A stretch of 64,000 nucleotides of DNA, taken from assembly GCF_009914755.1 (NCBI RefSeq), contig NC_060927.1. One strand, written 5' to 3'. The DNA is from the human T2T-CHM13v2.0 reference genome, Homo sapiens. Shown in pieces: positions 1-13,516 of this stretch. Both the position numbers and the translations under genes were made by a program. The first letter of the stretch is position 1; each line of letters begins with the position of its first letter. Below the pieces are notes generated by a model. That model saw only the letters and a program-made list of their open reading frames with translations. It was not told the DNA's origin and did not search any database.

Positions 1-240
1 GATACTTTTCCTGGAATCTGCCCTATGTGCTTCTTCTCTTAGTTGATTTTAATCTGTACCCTTTCTCTCTAACAAACTTTACCTATGAATATAAGAGTGT
101 TCAGTGAGTCATGTGACATTTCTAGCAAATTATCAAACTTGAGAATGTTCTCTTATGAGGACTGTTCCTGCCAAAGTTTTGCAGTTGGCTTTAACTCTTA
201 CACTGGCCATTTGTGTTGAAGTCCTAAATTACATGACCCT
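1..240 (+). mobile_element. ERVL LTR 3' part, MER21-like
   Basis: GATTTTAATCTGTACCCTTT...GTGAGTC...TTCTAGCAAATTATCAAACTTGAG resembles the MER21-type LTR U5 end; cut by the window edge. Confidence 0.6.
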
Positions 241-496
241 TAACATAAACACCCACCCCCACCCCACACACACACACACTGAAAACTTATCAAATAGAGC
301 TTTTCAGTTCTCAGTGACATTCAAAGAAAAGCAATTAAAAAATTGGAGCACCACTTAGAGCAGTGTTTGTAAATGGCAATAGAGAAAGTGAGTCTCTGAA
401 AGCAAAATTTTTTCCAGGCTGAAAAAATATAGAACAATAATTGAATTGATTAGAGTTAAATCAAAATTACAATTATGATTCTAAAAGAACACCTAG

Positions 497-886
497 TGCT
501 ATGGTTTGAATGTCCCCTTTGAATCTTATGTGGAAATTTAATTGCCAAAGAAGTGGTATTGGGAGGTGGGGCATTTAAAAGGTAAACAAGCCATGAAGGC
601 TCCACTGTCATGAATGGACTAATGTTGTTATTGTATAAGTGGGATAGTTATCTTGAGAGTGGGCTCCTGATAAAAAGAATGAGTTTGGCCTGATTTTCCT
701 CTCTGTCTAGCACTCTCCCTTGCCCTTCTGCCACGTTATGATGCAGCAAGAAGGCCCTTGCCAGGTGCCAGCAACATACTCTTGGACTTCCCAGCCTTCA
801 GGACAACTAACCAAATAAACGTCTATTCTTTATAAATTATCCAGTCTGTGGTATTCTGTTATAGCAACAGAAAATAGACTAAGATA
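497..886 (+). mobile_element. MaLR solo LTR, MSTC/MSTD-like
   Basis: Starts TGCTATGGTTTGAATGT, has AATAAA, ends GGTATTCTGTTATAGCAACAGAAAATAGACTAAGATA; 5-bp TSD CCTAG/CCTAT. Confidence 0.9.
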
Positions 887-1013
887 CCTATTCTAAATAT
901 CTTAAAAGTTCAGCTCAATGTACTAAAGGTGTTTATGATTGAAATGACAGAACCACATAAAAAATGCAAACATCTAGTTTCAAAAAATGGTAAGACAAAG
1001 GATTTTGTAATTG

Positions 1014-1014
1014 G

Positions 1015-1042
<28 letters not shown>
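1014..1042. repeat. (TA)n microsatellite
   Basis: Perfect TA run seen directly. Confidence 0.95.
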
Positions 1043-1046
<4 letters not shown>

Positions 1047-1269
1047 GTGTGTGTTTATAAAACTAGATTGAGCTTTGATTTATAGTGAGCAAAGTTTTCT
1101 ACTGATTCATGAGAAGGGCACTAGGCTATAGCTTGGGTTCACTGATAATCTAATTCCGAATATAAACATTCCTCTGTTTGACAGCTATCTTCTGTAGTTA
1201 TCAAAAAATAAAATCTTGGGCTGGTGTGAGAAAAATTGGATTCTACTCCAAGTGACTCAGATAATATCT

Positions 1270-1560
1270 GATGTACATTAGTTCAAAAAAGATGAAATGG
1301 ATGATATTGAAAAGATGATTAAGAAAGATGAAGTAAAATGAGTAGACATTTTTAACCTAGATAAAAGAAGATTTGGAGAACAAGACAGTATCCTTCAAAT
1401 ATTTGAATAGTCATTATATAGAAACACACATACTACCACCTGTTTGGCAATGATAGGTAGAAACAGTTCCAGTGTGCAATGATCTCAATGTAAGCAGAAC
1501 CTTCTAATAATCATAGCTGCCCAAGAGTGGAATGAGCAAATGAACATTCTCTATGGTAGG
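1270..1560 (+). mobile_element. CR1/L3 LINE fragment
   Basis: TTTAACCTAGATAAAAGAAGA...TCCTTCAAATATTTGAA...AACCTTCTAATAATCATAGCTGCCCAAGAGTGGAATG follows the L3 3' consensus. Confidence 0.65.
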
Positions 1561-2439
1561 ATGGGAAAGTGTTTGTCTAAACATATTATGAGACCTTTGT
1601 AGAGAGCACTCAAATATGGATAAGCGGTTTTAAATTAAACAATACTTAAATAAGTAATCTTTAAAGTGATTTTTTTTAAAAAGTCAAATTATCTTTAACT
1701 TACTATCAAGCCTTCAAATCCCATGTCTTCAGATATGCTTTCCTAGCCAAGAACAATTTAGGAGTGATAAATTAGAAGTAAGGGGAAGTACTTGCTGGAA
1801 ATGATCTAGGATTTATAGAACTCCTAATATGTATTTTCCATACATTTTTAAATTTGTTCTTTAGAAAATCTACTTTGGAAGTTTACTGTTATGCCAGTTT
1901 TGGAAGAGGGAGGATAAGCTCAAATATTAAAATAACCTACCAAAGTTCAACTACTCACATTATGGCCAACCCACATCTCCTATCTCTATTGCCCATATTG
2001 TTTCTCAAACCACCTCTTTCTAGAGGCAGATACAAGGGCCACAGCAAGCTAATGAGGGAATGACAGAGAATCTTTGTAAATCAAACCCAATATCTTACAA
2101 AGCCCAGTTGTCTGGGGTCATTTAGTGTGGACACAGCCTCTCCTATTTCAAAAAGCTCCTGAAGGTGTCACTGAATTAGAAGAGTATAATGATGGAAATG
2201 CATCATAGCATAAAACCCTACATCATCAAGACAATATGAAGATGTCTAAGAAAAGAAAATGCTATGTCTAAAATCAGTGCTTTTGCCATATTTAAGAGAA
2301 AAAATTATTGTAAATACTTCCATTGCTTCAGAAAATCACACTGGCTAAGGTTCACATAAAACCCATTTCATCTGTCCTGCAATAGCTTAGTGTTCAGAAG
2401 TTTCCCTGAATCAGCTGTGGACAAAACAGATATGTGATA

Positions 2440-2930
2440 ATGTCATCAGAATTCTTTGCTTTCATGTAACAGAAATCAGGTAGAACCAGGTTAGACAATA
2501 AAGGGAACTCATAAGAAGGCTACTTTTCTAATCTCAGGAAGGACAGAAGTAAAGCTATGACTCAGAGGTAAACAGATAAAAAATTTCAACTTCTTTCTTA
2601 GCATCTTTTGTCTGTCTATTCACCTTGGCCTCTCTTCATCATTTGTTCCTGCTGCAGACTGCCTCCCTGCATGTCACGGGTAACCTGCCTGCCAGCAGTA
2701 CTTTAGCATCACAGTCTGTATCTCCCATCAGTCTAAATTTGAGGACTATTCCCTGTATTAATTCTGTCTGAAAATCATGGATAAGGACTCTGATTACCCA
2801 GTTCAAGTCAGGTGTCTAACCATGAGCCAATCAGTTGTGTCCATGAGAAAGAGTTCACACAGAACTAAACTGGCTCCTGAGGGACAAAACTGTATATTAG
2901 TGCCATGCCTATGCAAGGAAATTATCAGCC
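2440..2930 (-). mobile_element. Old MaLR LTR (MLT1K/L-like)
   Basis: TCAGAATTCTTTGCTTTCATGTAACAGAAA start and GACTCTGATT...AGTCAGGTGTCTAACCATGAGCCAATCAG, typical of reverse MLT1. Confidence 0.6.
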
Positions 2931-3647
2931 AGAGAGGCATCACAATGAATATTTATTAGATTTGCCCTCCAGTTGAATTATGCAAAAATGTTCAGGCTTA
3001 TTATGAGGTACATTTTTGGGAAAATTCTATGAAAACATGTATATATTTTAACACAAAAAATTGGGGGACTTAAAGGAATGAGCTTCAATTATCTAGTGTA
3101 TTTGCTTATTCAGGATATTTTGTGGTTTACTGGCATAGATAAAACATATATTCTAGTCAAAGTATTTCCCCCATAGTGTCTTACATTAGTAGAGCATTAT
3201 GTTGTGAAACGGTAAATAAGTGGCCTAAAGAAACAAAGCACTTTCAGTTGTGATTTAAGTCCTAGGGGAAAACTGGGTCCATGATAGAGCAAGTTTTTCT
3301 AAGACATTGTTATAAAATTTTACAAGAAGTGTTTCATCTTCTAGCTCAATTGTTCTGAAGTTTATGAGTTGAGCTAAAAATGTGTACCATCATCCTCTTT
3401 TACTGAGGTAAAAGCCAAGAGTTACAGAGAGCAATATATGATAATGTATGTTAATTATTAGAAAAGGCTTAAAAATATATGTTCCAATGACATGGCTATG
3501 CTGACATAGTTCTCAGCTGGAATACCATTTATGTGAAAATTCAAGCAGCTGCCACTACAAGAGAGTTTATGCTGAAGGCAAATTGTCAAATATGAAATGT
3601 AGGACCTAAAAGCTGGTGTTGGACAGATTAAAACCCACACAAATATG

Positions 3648-3668
3648 CACACACACACACACACACAC
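3648..3668. repeat. (CA)n microsatellite
   Basis: Seen directly. Confidence 0.9.
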
Positions 3669-4939
3669 CCCAAATAGACTGCATTGTCGGCTGAAGCTCA
3701 TTTTCAGAAATACATGGCTCAGCACTAAAGTGGACAGTTTAATCAGTTCCTCTGCAGAAATAGCAAGATTTTTTACAAGGGAAAGAAAATCTACAGAGAT
3801 GAAGCTGTGACTGGAAAATTTGATCCACATGTTGTATTTTTAGATCTGTCAAAGATTGACCTCTGTTTGCAGTTTTTCTAGCAACAGTTTAATGTAAAAT
3901 TAGCCTATTTGTAGCACTTCTATATTTTGTGGAATTTTACTGTATATTATACCTTATTCGTTATTTCTAGAAAGTCAAATGTTTTCTTTTGAAATTCTTA
4001 GTTGCATATATTCCCTTTTTTAAGCTATGCAAATGATAGTGAGCCTACTTTGCATACATTTTGTGTAGTCTGTTCGGTGGGAATTTTGGTAGAAACTTAT
4101 AAAGGATGGAACATGCTATTTTGTTACCTTTGAAATATTTGCAGAATAAAGAGATGGTGAACAGATGGGAAATTATTCACTGCAGGAATCGAAACAGAAA
4201 TATTTCAAATTTTCTTCATCAGTGTATGGGAAAATCTTGAGCACGGAAAAGGGTGACTTCTCTGTATTTAAAACAGACACAACCTGGTTGTTTTCACAGG
4301 CATATTATTATTATTTCTTAGATAAGTGAGTAAGTATGTAAGTATGTCAACACATAAATGCATGCGTGTGGGAAAGTAGCATGGTCACCAAGGAAGAAAA
4401 GCTCTAGAGTAAAACCTTACCTTATTTTAAACCGTACATTTACTAAACTTATTATTTGCAATTCAGTTGACAATCATATTACCATGTGATATTCAAATGT
4501 CAAATGCATATCTCATTTTCAGCTAAGACCATTGCATCATTTCTTGTCAAATGCACTGAAATATGGCTAAGTCTAGCTCTGATTAGATAAGGGACCTCAT
4601 GCTGGTGTTAGTAAATCCAACCCCAGGGATTGGTTCCCAAGCTGAGGGAAATGGCAAAGTTATTATTGATGGTGGTGCCAAAGCTAACAGGTTTCACATG
4701 TCTTTCATGAACATGTGGTGACAGCCCCAACAGTGACACAGTTAAGAGTCATTTGTTCAAATGTCCTAGAATCATTGCTGAAAAAAGGTGAAAAATCTGT
4801 GAATTTTAAATACCCACCAGTATGGGAGTTTGCTCAACTCTTTGTAGGTTTCCTGGTTCATTGCACTGAATGGAATCATATGAAAAGTAATCCCTTATTT
4901 ATGTGCAGGAGTTTGCCTCATTAGAAGTCATATAACGTA

Positions 4940-5130
4940 TACACTGGAATTCGAGTCTGGGGTTTGAGTCTGGGTACTGTACAGTTCTAGCTGTGTGACT
5001 TTCACAATGTTTTTTATTTCTCTGAACATCAATTCTTCTACATAATGATGATTTTTGTGAAAATTAAAGGAGATTGTGTATATAAAACACGTGGTGATCC
5101 ATAAATCTTAGCTCTTCATGTTGTTATTTA
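4940..5130 (+). mobile_element. MIR SINE
   Basis: GGGTTTGAGTCTGGG...CTAGCTGTGTGACTTT...TTTCTCTGAACATCAATT MIR core. Confidence 0.75.
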
Positions 5131-5149
5131 GCCTTGTCATAATTTCATA

Positions 5150-5290
5150 AAATGTGCAGAGAATGCTTTATAGTCTTTATCTAGTTCAAGAAACAGAACC
5201 AGTGAAGGAAAAGTGGCTTGTCCGTGGTCACATGGCTAACCAGGGTGACAGAGGATCAAGCCATATCTCCTGGTTTGAAATCCAGTATCC
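5150..5290 (-). mobile_element. MIR/MIR3 fragment
   Basis: AAGTGGCTTGTCCGTGGTCACATGGCTAA...GACAGAG reverse MIR core. Confidence 0.65.
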
Positions 5291-7059
5291 CTTAAGTGTC
5301 TGTGGAGGAAAAAAAACCCTGTACATTGGACTATAATTAACGTACTGCTATACTTGCAGAGGCAAAGTAAAATGGTGAATTGGTGCAATTACCTCAATAA
5401 TTCAAGCCCAAAAGTACCAAAACACTTTTATCTAGTACATCGGATTATTTCAAGCCAAATATCTGAATAAATGCCCCCATTATTCATATCATTTTGAATA
5501 TATGTATACATCTGTTTTTTCTTGTGGGGGACAGGATGAGGGTAATCTTTGAATCATGTCTTCAATGTTTCCAACATAAATAGAGAGTATCATTTTTCAT
5601 ATTTGTTCCAAAATCCAGTGGCCTTTTTATTAAATTGAAGTTTGTGCATCAGTGGAAAAATCTTCACTGAAATATGGTACTTCCAACTGTAAATTTGGCT
5701 TGATTTAAGTGGCTTACAAGCATAACTGTACAACAGTGACAAGACACGGCCTTCTTTGTGGGTGTTGGGGGTGGGGCACAATTAGAAACACTTTTTAAAT
5801 CCTTTCAGTTTTTGTTCTATATATGGAATTGAACTGTGATCCTGGAGAAAATGGTTCAACCCTGCTACAAGGGGTTATATTCAAATTAGTCCAAGACAAT
5901 TGTGATATCAAAAGTGGGCTAAAATTGCAGTTATTTAAAACTCAAAGAAATACCCCCTCTTTTTTTCTGATCTTTACAAATCATATACCTATTTCAAAGC
6001 AAAATTAAACTCTTCTGATTATATTTCCTTAGCTACAGCCATGAACTGAATATAATATCAGCATTAAAATACAAATTAGTCACATTTGGAAAACAACCAA
6101 CAAAAGTTTTTTAAACTATAGAAATACATATCAATTAAACTAGGCTGTGCGTAGTTAAAATCCAGTGTCTGTACTAACAAAATCTGTCAGCCCACCATCA
6201 TTTATGTTTTATAATAAATATAGTGCTTAACAGAATGTGGGAATAACATTACCATGTATTGACAAGCCTATTATACTTTGAACAGGTACTACAAAGAAAG
6301 CTGTAAAGCAAATGTCTTTGTTCACTGTGAAGTCTGCATCGTAGAATAATCCCTAGAGATGAGGAAGGAAGAGTTTCAGACACAATTAGGGCCCCTTTTA
6401 AAGGGTATCCTCAGTAAAATACTGTGTATAAGTTCTTCAGCATTAGCACATGTACCCTCTCTTATGATTGCTAATAAGTCCTCTGGGCCTCTAGTCAACT
6501 TTCTGGTCTTTGCTTTAAAACCTGTCTCAACTGAAAGGCAATGAAAGGTCCCTTCAAGTCAGATAATAGGGGTGTGCACAGAAGCAGGTGAGATTGTTTC
6601 TCTCTGGTTTGATTGGTACTATCTTTGGAATTTCAGCCTATGATTTTATAGTCTCTACACTGTTATTCCATATACCTGCTTGAGTGTTAAATGGAAGAGC
6701 AGAATAGTACCTTTAGAGAAGAGATTAATACCATAAGTGTTCCACACATAGTAAATCTCAAAAGATCTTCATCGACCAGCTATGAAAGGAAGCCAAAGAA
6801 TCAGAAAGAGAAAATGACAGAACGGAAAGTGGTTACGGCTTAATTTCTTGATGTTAAGGGGAAAAAATGTTTACTATTAAACTTTCCTTGTTCTAAGAAA
6901 AATTTGAGACCACTCTTTTTCTCACCTTAATTTAGAAAGGCCATATTAGAAGAAAACAAAAAACAAAAAAAACAAAAACCAAAAGTCATTTTCCAAATCA
7001 TGATTTCTAAGATGCTGATAGAAAGGTTTTTATTTAAATAGCTGTCCTTTCTATAACTT

Positions 7060-7970
7060 TGGATCCAAAATTCTACTTCTAGGAGTCTTTCCAAAGGAAA
7101 AAATCAGACATGTGTATAGAGACTTAACTATATGACTATACACCAATTTCAACAGGAATAAAAATTGGGGACTGATTAGGTATATTATTATATGTGCATA
7201 TATACAATGGAATAAAGTATAGCCATTAAAAAGACATTATTGAAAATTCTAATTTAATTGCAAGTGCTTTTTTAGTTCTTACTGTAGGCTATATTCTGGC
7301 CAGGCTGTAGCATACATTAGTGTCTGCTTTCACCAACCTCACACTCTCGCAGGAAGACAAAGATGGAAATATTTATTTATACTTGATATAAGTGTGGTAA
7401 TATATTCACTGAAAGAACACATTAAAGGACATTGTGCTTCTGATTTTTTTATATACATATTTCATACATATATAGAAAGCATACTTATAATGTGTGTGAG
7501 CATATATACTCACACATTTGCATATACGTATATATAATGTGTGTGTGAGTAAATATATTTATATCTATTCACATTGTACCTGTTGGCTATTGCTGCATAA
7601 CAAATCACCCCCAAACAACTATTACTTATTTCCATTCATGCATTTATTGTTACTCATGCATCACTGTAGGCCTACGGATTGGCTGGAGCAGCTCTGCTCC
7701 ACATGCTCCACGTGTCTCTCCTCCTCCCTGGGATAATAAGCTGGATTGAGCATGTTCTTCTCATAGTAATGTGAGATGGACAAAAGAGAACAGAAATAGG
7801 AGGCATCTTTAGGTCAAGGCTTAAGAGTATTCAGAGAAAAAAATGCAGAAAAACCACGAGATACATAGGAAGCGATATAAATTTTCTGAGTGGTAAGATT
7901 ATGTGTAATTTTTCATTTCTTCTGTTTATTTTTTCTAAAGTTTTAACAACAAAATGTACTACTTTTATAA
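7060..7970 (+). mobile_element. Old L1M (L1ME-like) 3' fragments, interrupted
   Basis: GATCCAAAATTCTACTTCTAGGA, ACAATGGAATAAAGTATAGCCATTAAAAA, TCTGAGTGGTAAGATTATG; interrupted by an L2 piece and MLT1. Confidence 0.6.
7575..7830 (-). mobile_element. MaLR LTR fragment (MLT1H-like)
   Basis: GCTATTGCTGCATAACAAATCACCCC...GCAGCTCTGCTCCACATG...CATGTTCTTCTCATAG. Confidence 0.7.
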
Positions 7971-9610
7971 TAAAATCCAGGCAAAAACTTATTTTAAATA
8001 TTTCACTAAACTATTCACAGGTTTCCTATTTCTTATGTCCTTCTCATAATTATTTATATAGAAAGGAGGCCAACTGGAGATAGAAGACCTAATATTTGAT
8101 GTTGTCATTTATGTGTCAAAAAGCCATATTTTCCTTATGCGTTGCCTGGCCTGCTGTTGAATATAAATTGTGTATCACTGATAAACTTAAAGTGGTAGAG
8201 AATTATAACGCTAATATAATCCCTGTTCATTTACTTACTTTCCTCATTAAAGAAAACACACACACACAGAGAATTCCATTTGTTTACAAAAATCACAATC
8301 TTCTTAAATTTGCTTTGATTTTTGCATGGACACAACAAAATGTTTTAATATAGAAAGAAAGTACTTAACACCTTGAGTTGCTGGTATTATTTTTCAAATT
8401 TGTGGTCCTTCATCTCATAATGACACATAAAAGAAATGCTTTATGCTCATCTCTGTTCTTTGATTTCTTTACTCATGTAAGTGAATTTTTTTTTCTTTTC
8501 CTGTGGACTAGCCTAGAAAGCCTTATTTCCCTCCCCCCTCCCTTTTTTTTGGTGCCATAATTAGATTGAGTGGTAGATGTTTCTAGTGAATCATTCTACC
8601 AATTAGGCTAAAATATTAAAGACAAGTAACTTGAGAAGGAAACTCACATATCTATAGCACTTTGCAGCAGATGTATCCTATTTACTTCTTTATTTTATTG
8701 CTTAATGACTGGATCTGAAGTAATTGCACCATTTGACAGATATTTATTTGTAAAATGTGATTCATTCAGTCAGACACTTTTCAAATGATTTTCATGCCAA
8801 GTGTTAAAATTGCGTAGGCTTGAGTAGCTGTTTCAAAAGATGCAAACACACATGTTAATTCCATGCATCAAGCACATCTACTTTCGGCTCTTTTTATTAT
8901 AGAAATATTTCAGTTGACAAAGAGTGCTAGTGAACAGACGGCAGGGACTTCTGGACTTTAATCAACCGCAATCACTGGCAGAGTTCAGAATTAATTTCCT
9001 AACCATGAATCACCTGCAGACAATGAATCACGTTCTAGAGAATTTTGCCAAACAAAACAAGCCATCATGCCCTATACAACTTTTGAGGACAGGGCTATGG
9101 AAACTCATTTGACTAGCACAGTTGAAACAGTGAAAGGGAAAGAATACTAGCGAATACTGGAACAAGCTATCAAAGAGTGCCTGGTGACTTTCAACTTAAA
9201 AAAGACAAAGGAAAGCAAGAGTTCAGCAAGAAAACACTCCTTTCTGAAACAACCTATCCATTGGTTGGCTTCTATCCCTAAATTCTAGCTATTGACAATC
9301 AAGATAAAGGATTTTTTGACTAGGATAGGTTCTATCCATTATAGCACAGACGTCAAAACATTTTCACCTATTCTTTAATCAAAGAATCAGAAACTTCTTA
9401 TTTAGTTTCTGTTTCAGACACTGTATCTCCTTGGACAGAAATAAATGAGGGCAATTAGACAAATATTCAGATCATTCAGCTAAAAAATGTTTTTGAATGA
9501 AATAACCAAGTTATTTTTATACTTAAATTTGTGATTGTCTCAATTTTCCATTTTCTCTTCTAGGTATAGAACAAAGCACCTTTACATGCTTCTGTACACT
9601 GTAAAAAAGT

Positions 9611-9974
9611 TGCAGCCATAAAAAATGATGAGTTCGTGTCCTTTGTAGGGACATGGATGAAATTGGAAATCATCATTCTCAGTAAACTATCGCAAGAACA
9701 AAAAACCAAACACCGCATATTCTCACTCATAGGTGGGAACTGAACAATGAGATCACATGGACACAGGAAGGGGAATATCACACTCTGGGGACTGTGGTGG
9801 GGTGGGGGGAGCGGGGAGGGATAGCATTGGGAGATATACCTAATGCTAGATGACGAGTTAGTGGGTGCAGCGCACCAGCATGTCACATGTATACATATGT
9901 AACTAACCTGCACAATGTGCACATGTACCCTAAAACTTAAAGTATAATAAAAAAAAAAATAGAAAAAAAAAAAA
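9611..9974 (+). mobile_element. Young 5'-truncated L1 (L1PA2-type) 3' end with poly(A)
   Basis: Near-consensus L1HS/PA2 3' UTR; GAG rather than ACA/ACG at the diagnostic site (GATGACGAGTTAGTGGG); TSD AAAAAAGTTG. Confidence 0.95.
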
Positions 9975-10224
9975 GTTGAGACAAATTTCAGTTTCAAGAC
10001 ATGATAAAATGTTTAGCACTTTACATAACATCATCAAAATGAAAACTGATCACTTAAAAAGAAAATATTTTTATTGTCAAATTTGAATATAGTTAACTTC
10101 AAACTACACCAACAAGTAAACAATATACCACTAGGAAAAATAAAAGGCCTTGGCCAACCCAAGATATTTGACATACTTTGCTCCCATCATGCATGTCATT
10201 GCAATAAGAATAAAGAAGGAGTAG

Positions 10225-10520
<296 letters not shown>

Positions 10521-11289
10521 TAGAAAATGCCTATCTAGAAAAAATAATGAATAATAAGAACTTGCAAATGCATTATTACACAAATATCAGAAACTTAAAC
10601 TAGATTGAACGTGTTTTCTTTTTACTGATTGATAACTTCCGTCAAATAAATCTGCCCTTATAAATTCACCCAGTGTTGGCACATAAAGAAAAAAAAAAGC
10701 AAGATTCATATCATATGGCACAGAATAAAATAATTTTCCAGATGAGCAATCAATATTTTATTTTAGACCATGAAAACAGGTATATCGGACTATAAAGCAT
10801 CCATTGTGAGTCACTTTAGCCAGGCGAATGGAACACATTAACCATTATTATTATTGAGTGGAGGTAGCTGGAAGTTTTTTATTGACTCATATACCGTTTG
10901 GTCATACTATTGTCTGTCCATCACAGTGTGTTGTCTTCCAGCCTCTTAATCATTCCTTCTCATTCACTGATCGTCTTGGTGCCTGGGCTTACATTTCTTC
11001 TCTCTTCTCCAAATTCTATTATCCTGAGTGCCTGGCAAGACCTGTGTTCAGCCCAAACAAACCTTTGGTTCTAAGCACGTTGGTCTCATCTCGAATGACT
11101 TTTTCCAGTCCAATACCCTTCAGGAGTCCACCGCAATGCTGTAAATCGGAGTCATTAATCTTTATCTGAAACTGCTCCAGATTTTCTATTGCAAATTCAG
11201 AATCTATAATTATTTGACCTAAAACTCTTATTCTCTGACTGTTGCCCAGTTACTTCCCATACATTTTTTAACCTCATTTGTTTAGCCAC

Positions 11290-11398
11290 TGTACTAAATA
11301 TTATGAAGAGCCCTGTTAGTACCTTATATTGTTCTAGACATCAGATCTCCTGGAGTGAACCCAGCAAAGATGCCTGCTCTTGTGGAGCTTACATTCAA
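11290..11398 (-). mobile_element. L2 3'-end fragment inside the long L2
   Basis: ATTGTTCTAGACA...GTGAAC...CCTGCTCTTGTGGAGCTTACATTC, reverse L2a tail. Confidence 0.6.
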
Positions 11399-11826
11399 AA
11401 CCCTTGACCCTTCTTCATTCTCCTAATCAACTCTCCCCTGTCTTCCTTTTCTACATAGTGTAAGTCCCATGAGCCATCATTTCAACTACTCTGTTCTTAA
11501 TATCCTAACTTTTTGGCTCATTATTCTTCCATCATGTACTGGCAGAAACCCAAGTCTTGAGGAATCCAACCATCTCCCTTCTCAGCATATTCACCTCAGT
11601 GACTGAACATAATTTAGAGGAAATCACGTAACTGTGCAGATAGATGCCATACTAAGTTCATGGTCTCTGCTATAGTAACTGGGTCCTCAACATTTCCCAG
11701 AAATCCTTTCTTTTATATTTTCTTAGCTCTTTTTCTAGATCCCTTGGTGCTTATTTCAAACTAACAAGCAAGCTAAATAATGTTGGCATCCAAAGCAAGC
11801 AGTTTCAAATGAACCCACAAATCAGT

Positions 11827-12180
11827 CAGTAGTCCTTCCCTTATCTGCAGTTTCACTGTCTGCAGTTTCAGTTACCCACAGTTAACCATGGTCTAAAAAT
11901 ATTAAATTGAAAATTCCAGAAATAAACAATTCATGTTTTAAATTGCCTGCCCCTTCTAAGTAGTGTAATGGGATTTCACATTGTCTAACTCTGTCCTGCT
12001 TGGAATATGAATCATCACTTTGTCAGTTACCTGTGCTACTTGTCCCTTAGTCACTTAATAGTAATCTTCATTATCAAGAATGAAAAAACATAGTGCATAG
12101 AGGGTTCAGTATTGTCTGCAGTTTCAGGCATACACTGGAGGTTGTGATATGTATACCCCATGCATAAGGGGAGACTACTC
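11827..12180 (+). mobile_element. MER44A (TcMar-Tigger DNA transposon)
   Basis: TIRs CAGTAGTCCTTCCCTTATC ... ATAAGGGGAGACTACT; internal GAAAATTCCAGAAATAAACAATTCAT. Confidence 0.9.
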
Positions 12181-12210
12181 TAACTCATGATATGACTAAC
12201 AAATAATAAT

Positions 12211-12584
12211 TGTATTAGTTCGTTCTCGCACTGCTAATAAAGTCATACCCGGGACCAGGTAATTTATAAAGAAAAGAGGTTTAATTGACTTACAGTTCAG
12301 CATGGCTGGGGAAGCCTCAGGAAACTTACAATCATGGCAGAAGGGGAAGCAAACATGTCCCTCTTCATATGGCAGCAGGAAGGAGAAGTAGCAAGCAAAG
12401 TGGGTAAACCCCTTAGAAAACCCATCAGATCTCATGAGAGCTTATTCACTATCATGAGTACATTATGGGGGTAACTGCCCCCATGATTCAATTACCTCCC
12501 ATTGGGTCTCTCCCACAACATGTGGGGATTATGGGAACTACAATTCAAGAAGAGATTTGGTGGGGACACAGTGAAGCCATATCA
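12211..12584 (-). mobile_element. THE1 (THE1C/D-like) MaLR solo LTR
   Basis: TGTATTAGTTCGTTCTC...GGAAACTTACAATCATGGCAGAAGG...CCATATCA; TSD ATAAT/ATGAT. Confidence 0.93.
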
Positions 12585-12839
12585 ATGATGATTATTATCA
12601 ATACAGAGCATCTAGATGTGTTCTTTCACTAATCAGGGCTCAGAGAGTGAGGCAAATAGAAAAGTTTCTGAACCTTGGTTGGAATGGAACAACTAATTTT
12701 CTTTGCCTAAGTGTTAAACATTTTGTTGGGCCTAAGTTTAAAACTGAACTCCAATTCAGCAAGAATAGTTAAAATAGGAAGCTTCTCAGTGTTATGAATA
12801 AAAGAACCCACATATATAACCTTCCTGGACTGCCAGACC

Positions 12840-13056
12840 AGCAGGTGGATATAGCAGAAGATGATTAAGGGTGCTCCAAAACTTAACAGGGCCTTGGACA
12901 ATTGTTGCATGTTTTTTGCCTTGGTTTTCCCACCTGTGAAGTATGTATAACAGAATTAACGTAACAGGGTTGTTGTGAAGATTGAATGGGAAATATGTGT
13001 AGAATGTTTACAAGAGTATCTGGACCTCATAAGTACTCAGCTATGTTAGCTGTTAG
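12840..13056 (+). mobile_element. MIR SINE
   Basis: CCTTGGACAA...TTTCCCACCTGTGAA...AGGGTTGTTGTGAAGATTGAATG...AAGTACTCA. Confidence 0.75.
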
Positions 13057-13516
13057 TTGCTGATTCCAATTCCATCTATAACTCTGGCTCTGTCTGTCTC
13101 TTTCCTGACACAGCAAACTTCTTAAAAACGCTTTCTGTGTTTGCAGGTTCTTTCTAATTTCTCCACCATCTCGTCACTCCACTACTCTTCTGAACCTGTT
13201 CTCATTGAAGTCATCTATGGCGTCCTTGACACTAAATACCTTAGATTTATTTCCCCGTTCTTATTTCACCTATTGGCATCATTTGACCCTAAAAACCACT
13301 CCCTTTTTCCTGAAACTCTCCTTCCCCAGCTTATATGAAAACACACACTCCTTGATTTCCTCCTATATTTCAGGTTTTACCTTCTCACCCCTTTTTCACA
13401 ATTCAGAAATATTTTTTCAGTATTGATGTTTCAGAAAATCCTATCATGTCACCTTTTTTTCCTCACTCTACATTCTTTCCCTGGGGTATCTAATGCACCT
13501 TCTTAGGATTGCCATC

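Noticed and set aside
10995-11139. Apparent minus-strand exon (TTTACAG...AAT|GTAAGC)
   Set aside because: Lies antisense within the L2 endonuclease remnant; weak acceptor; the longest frame hits a stop.
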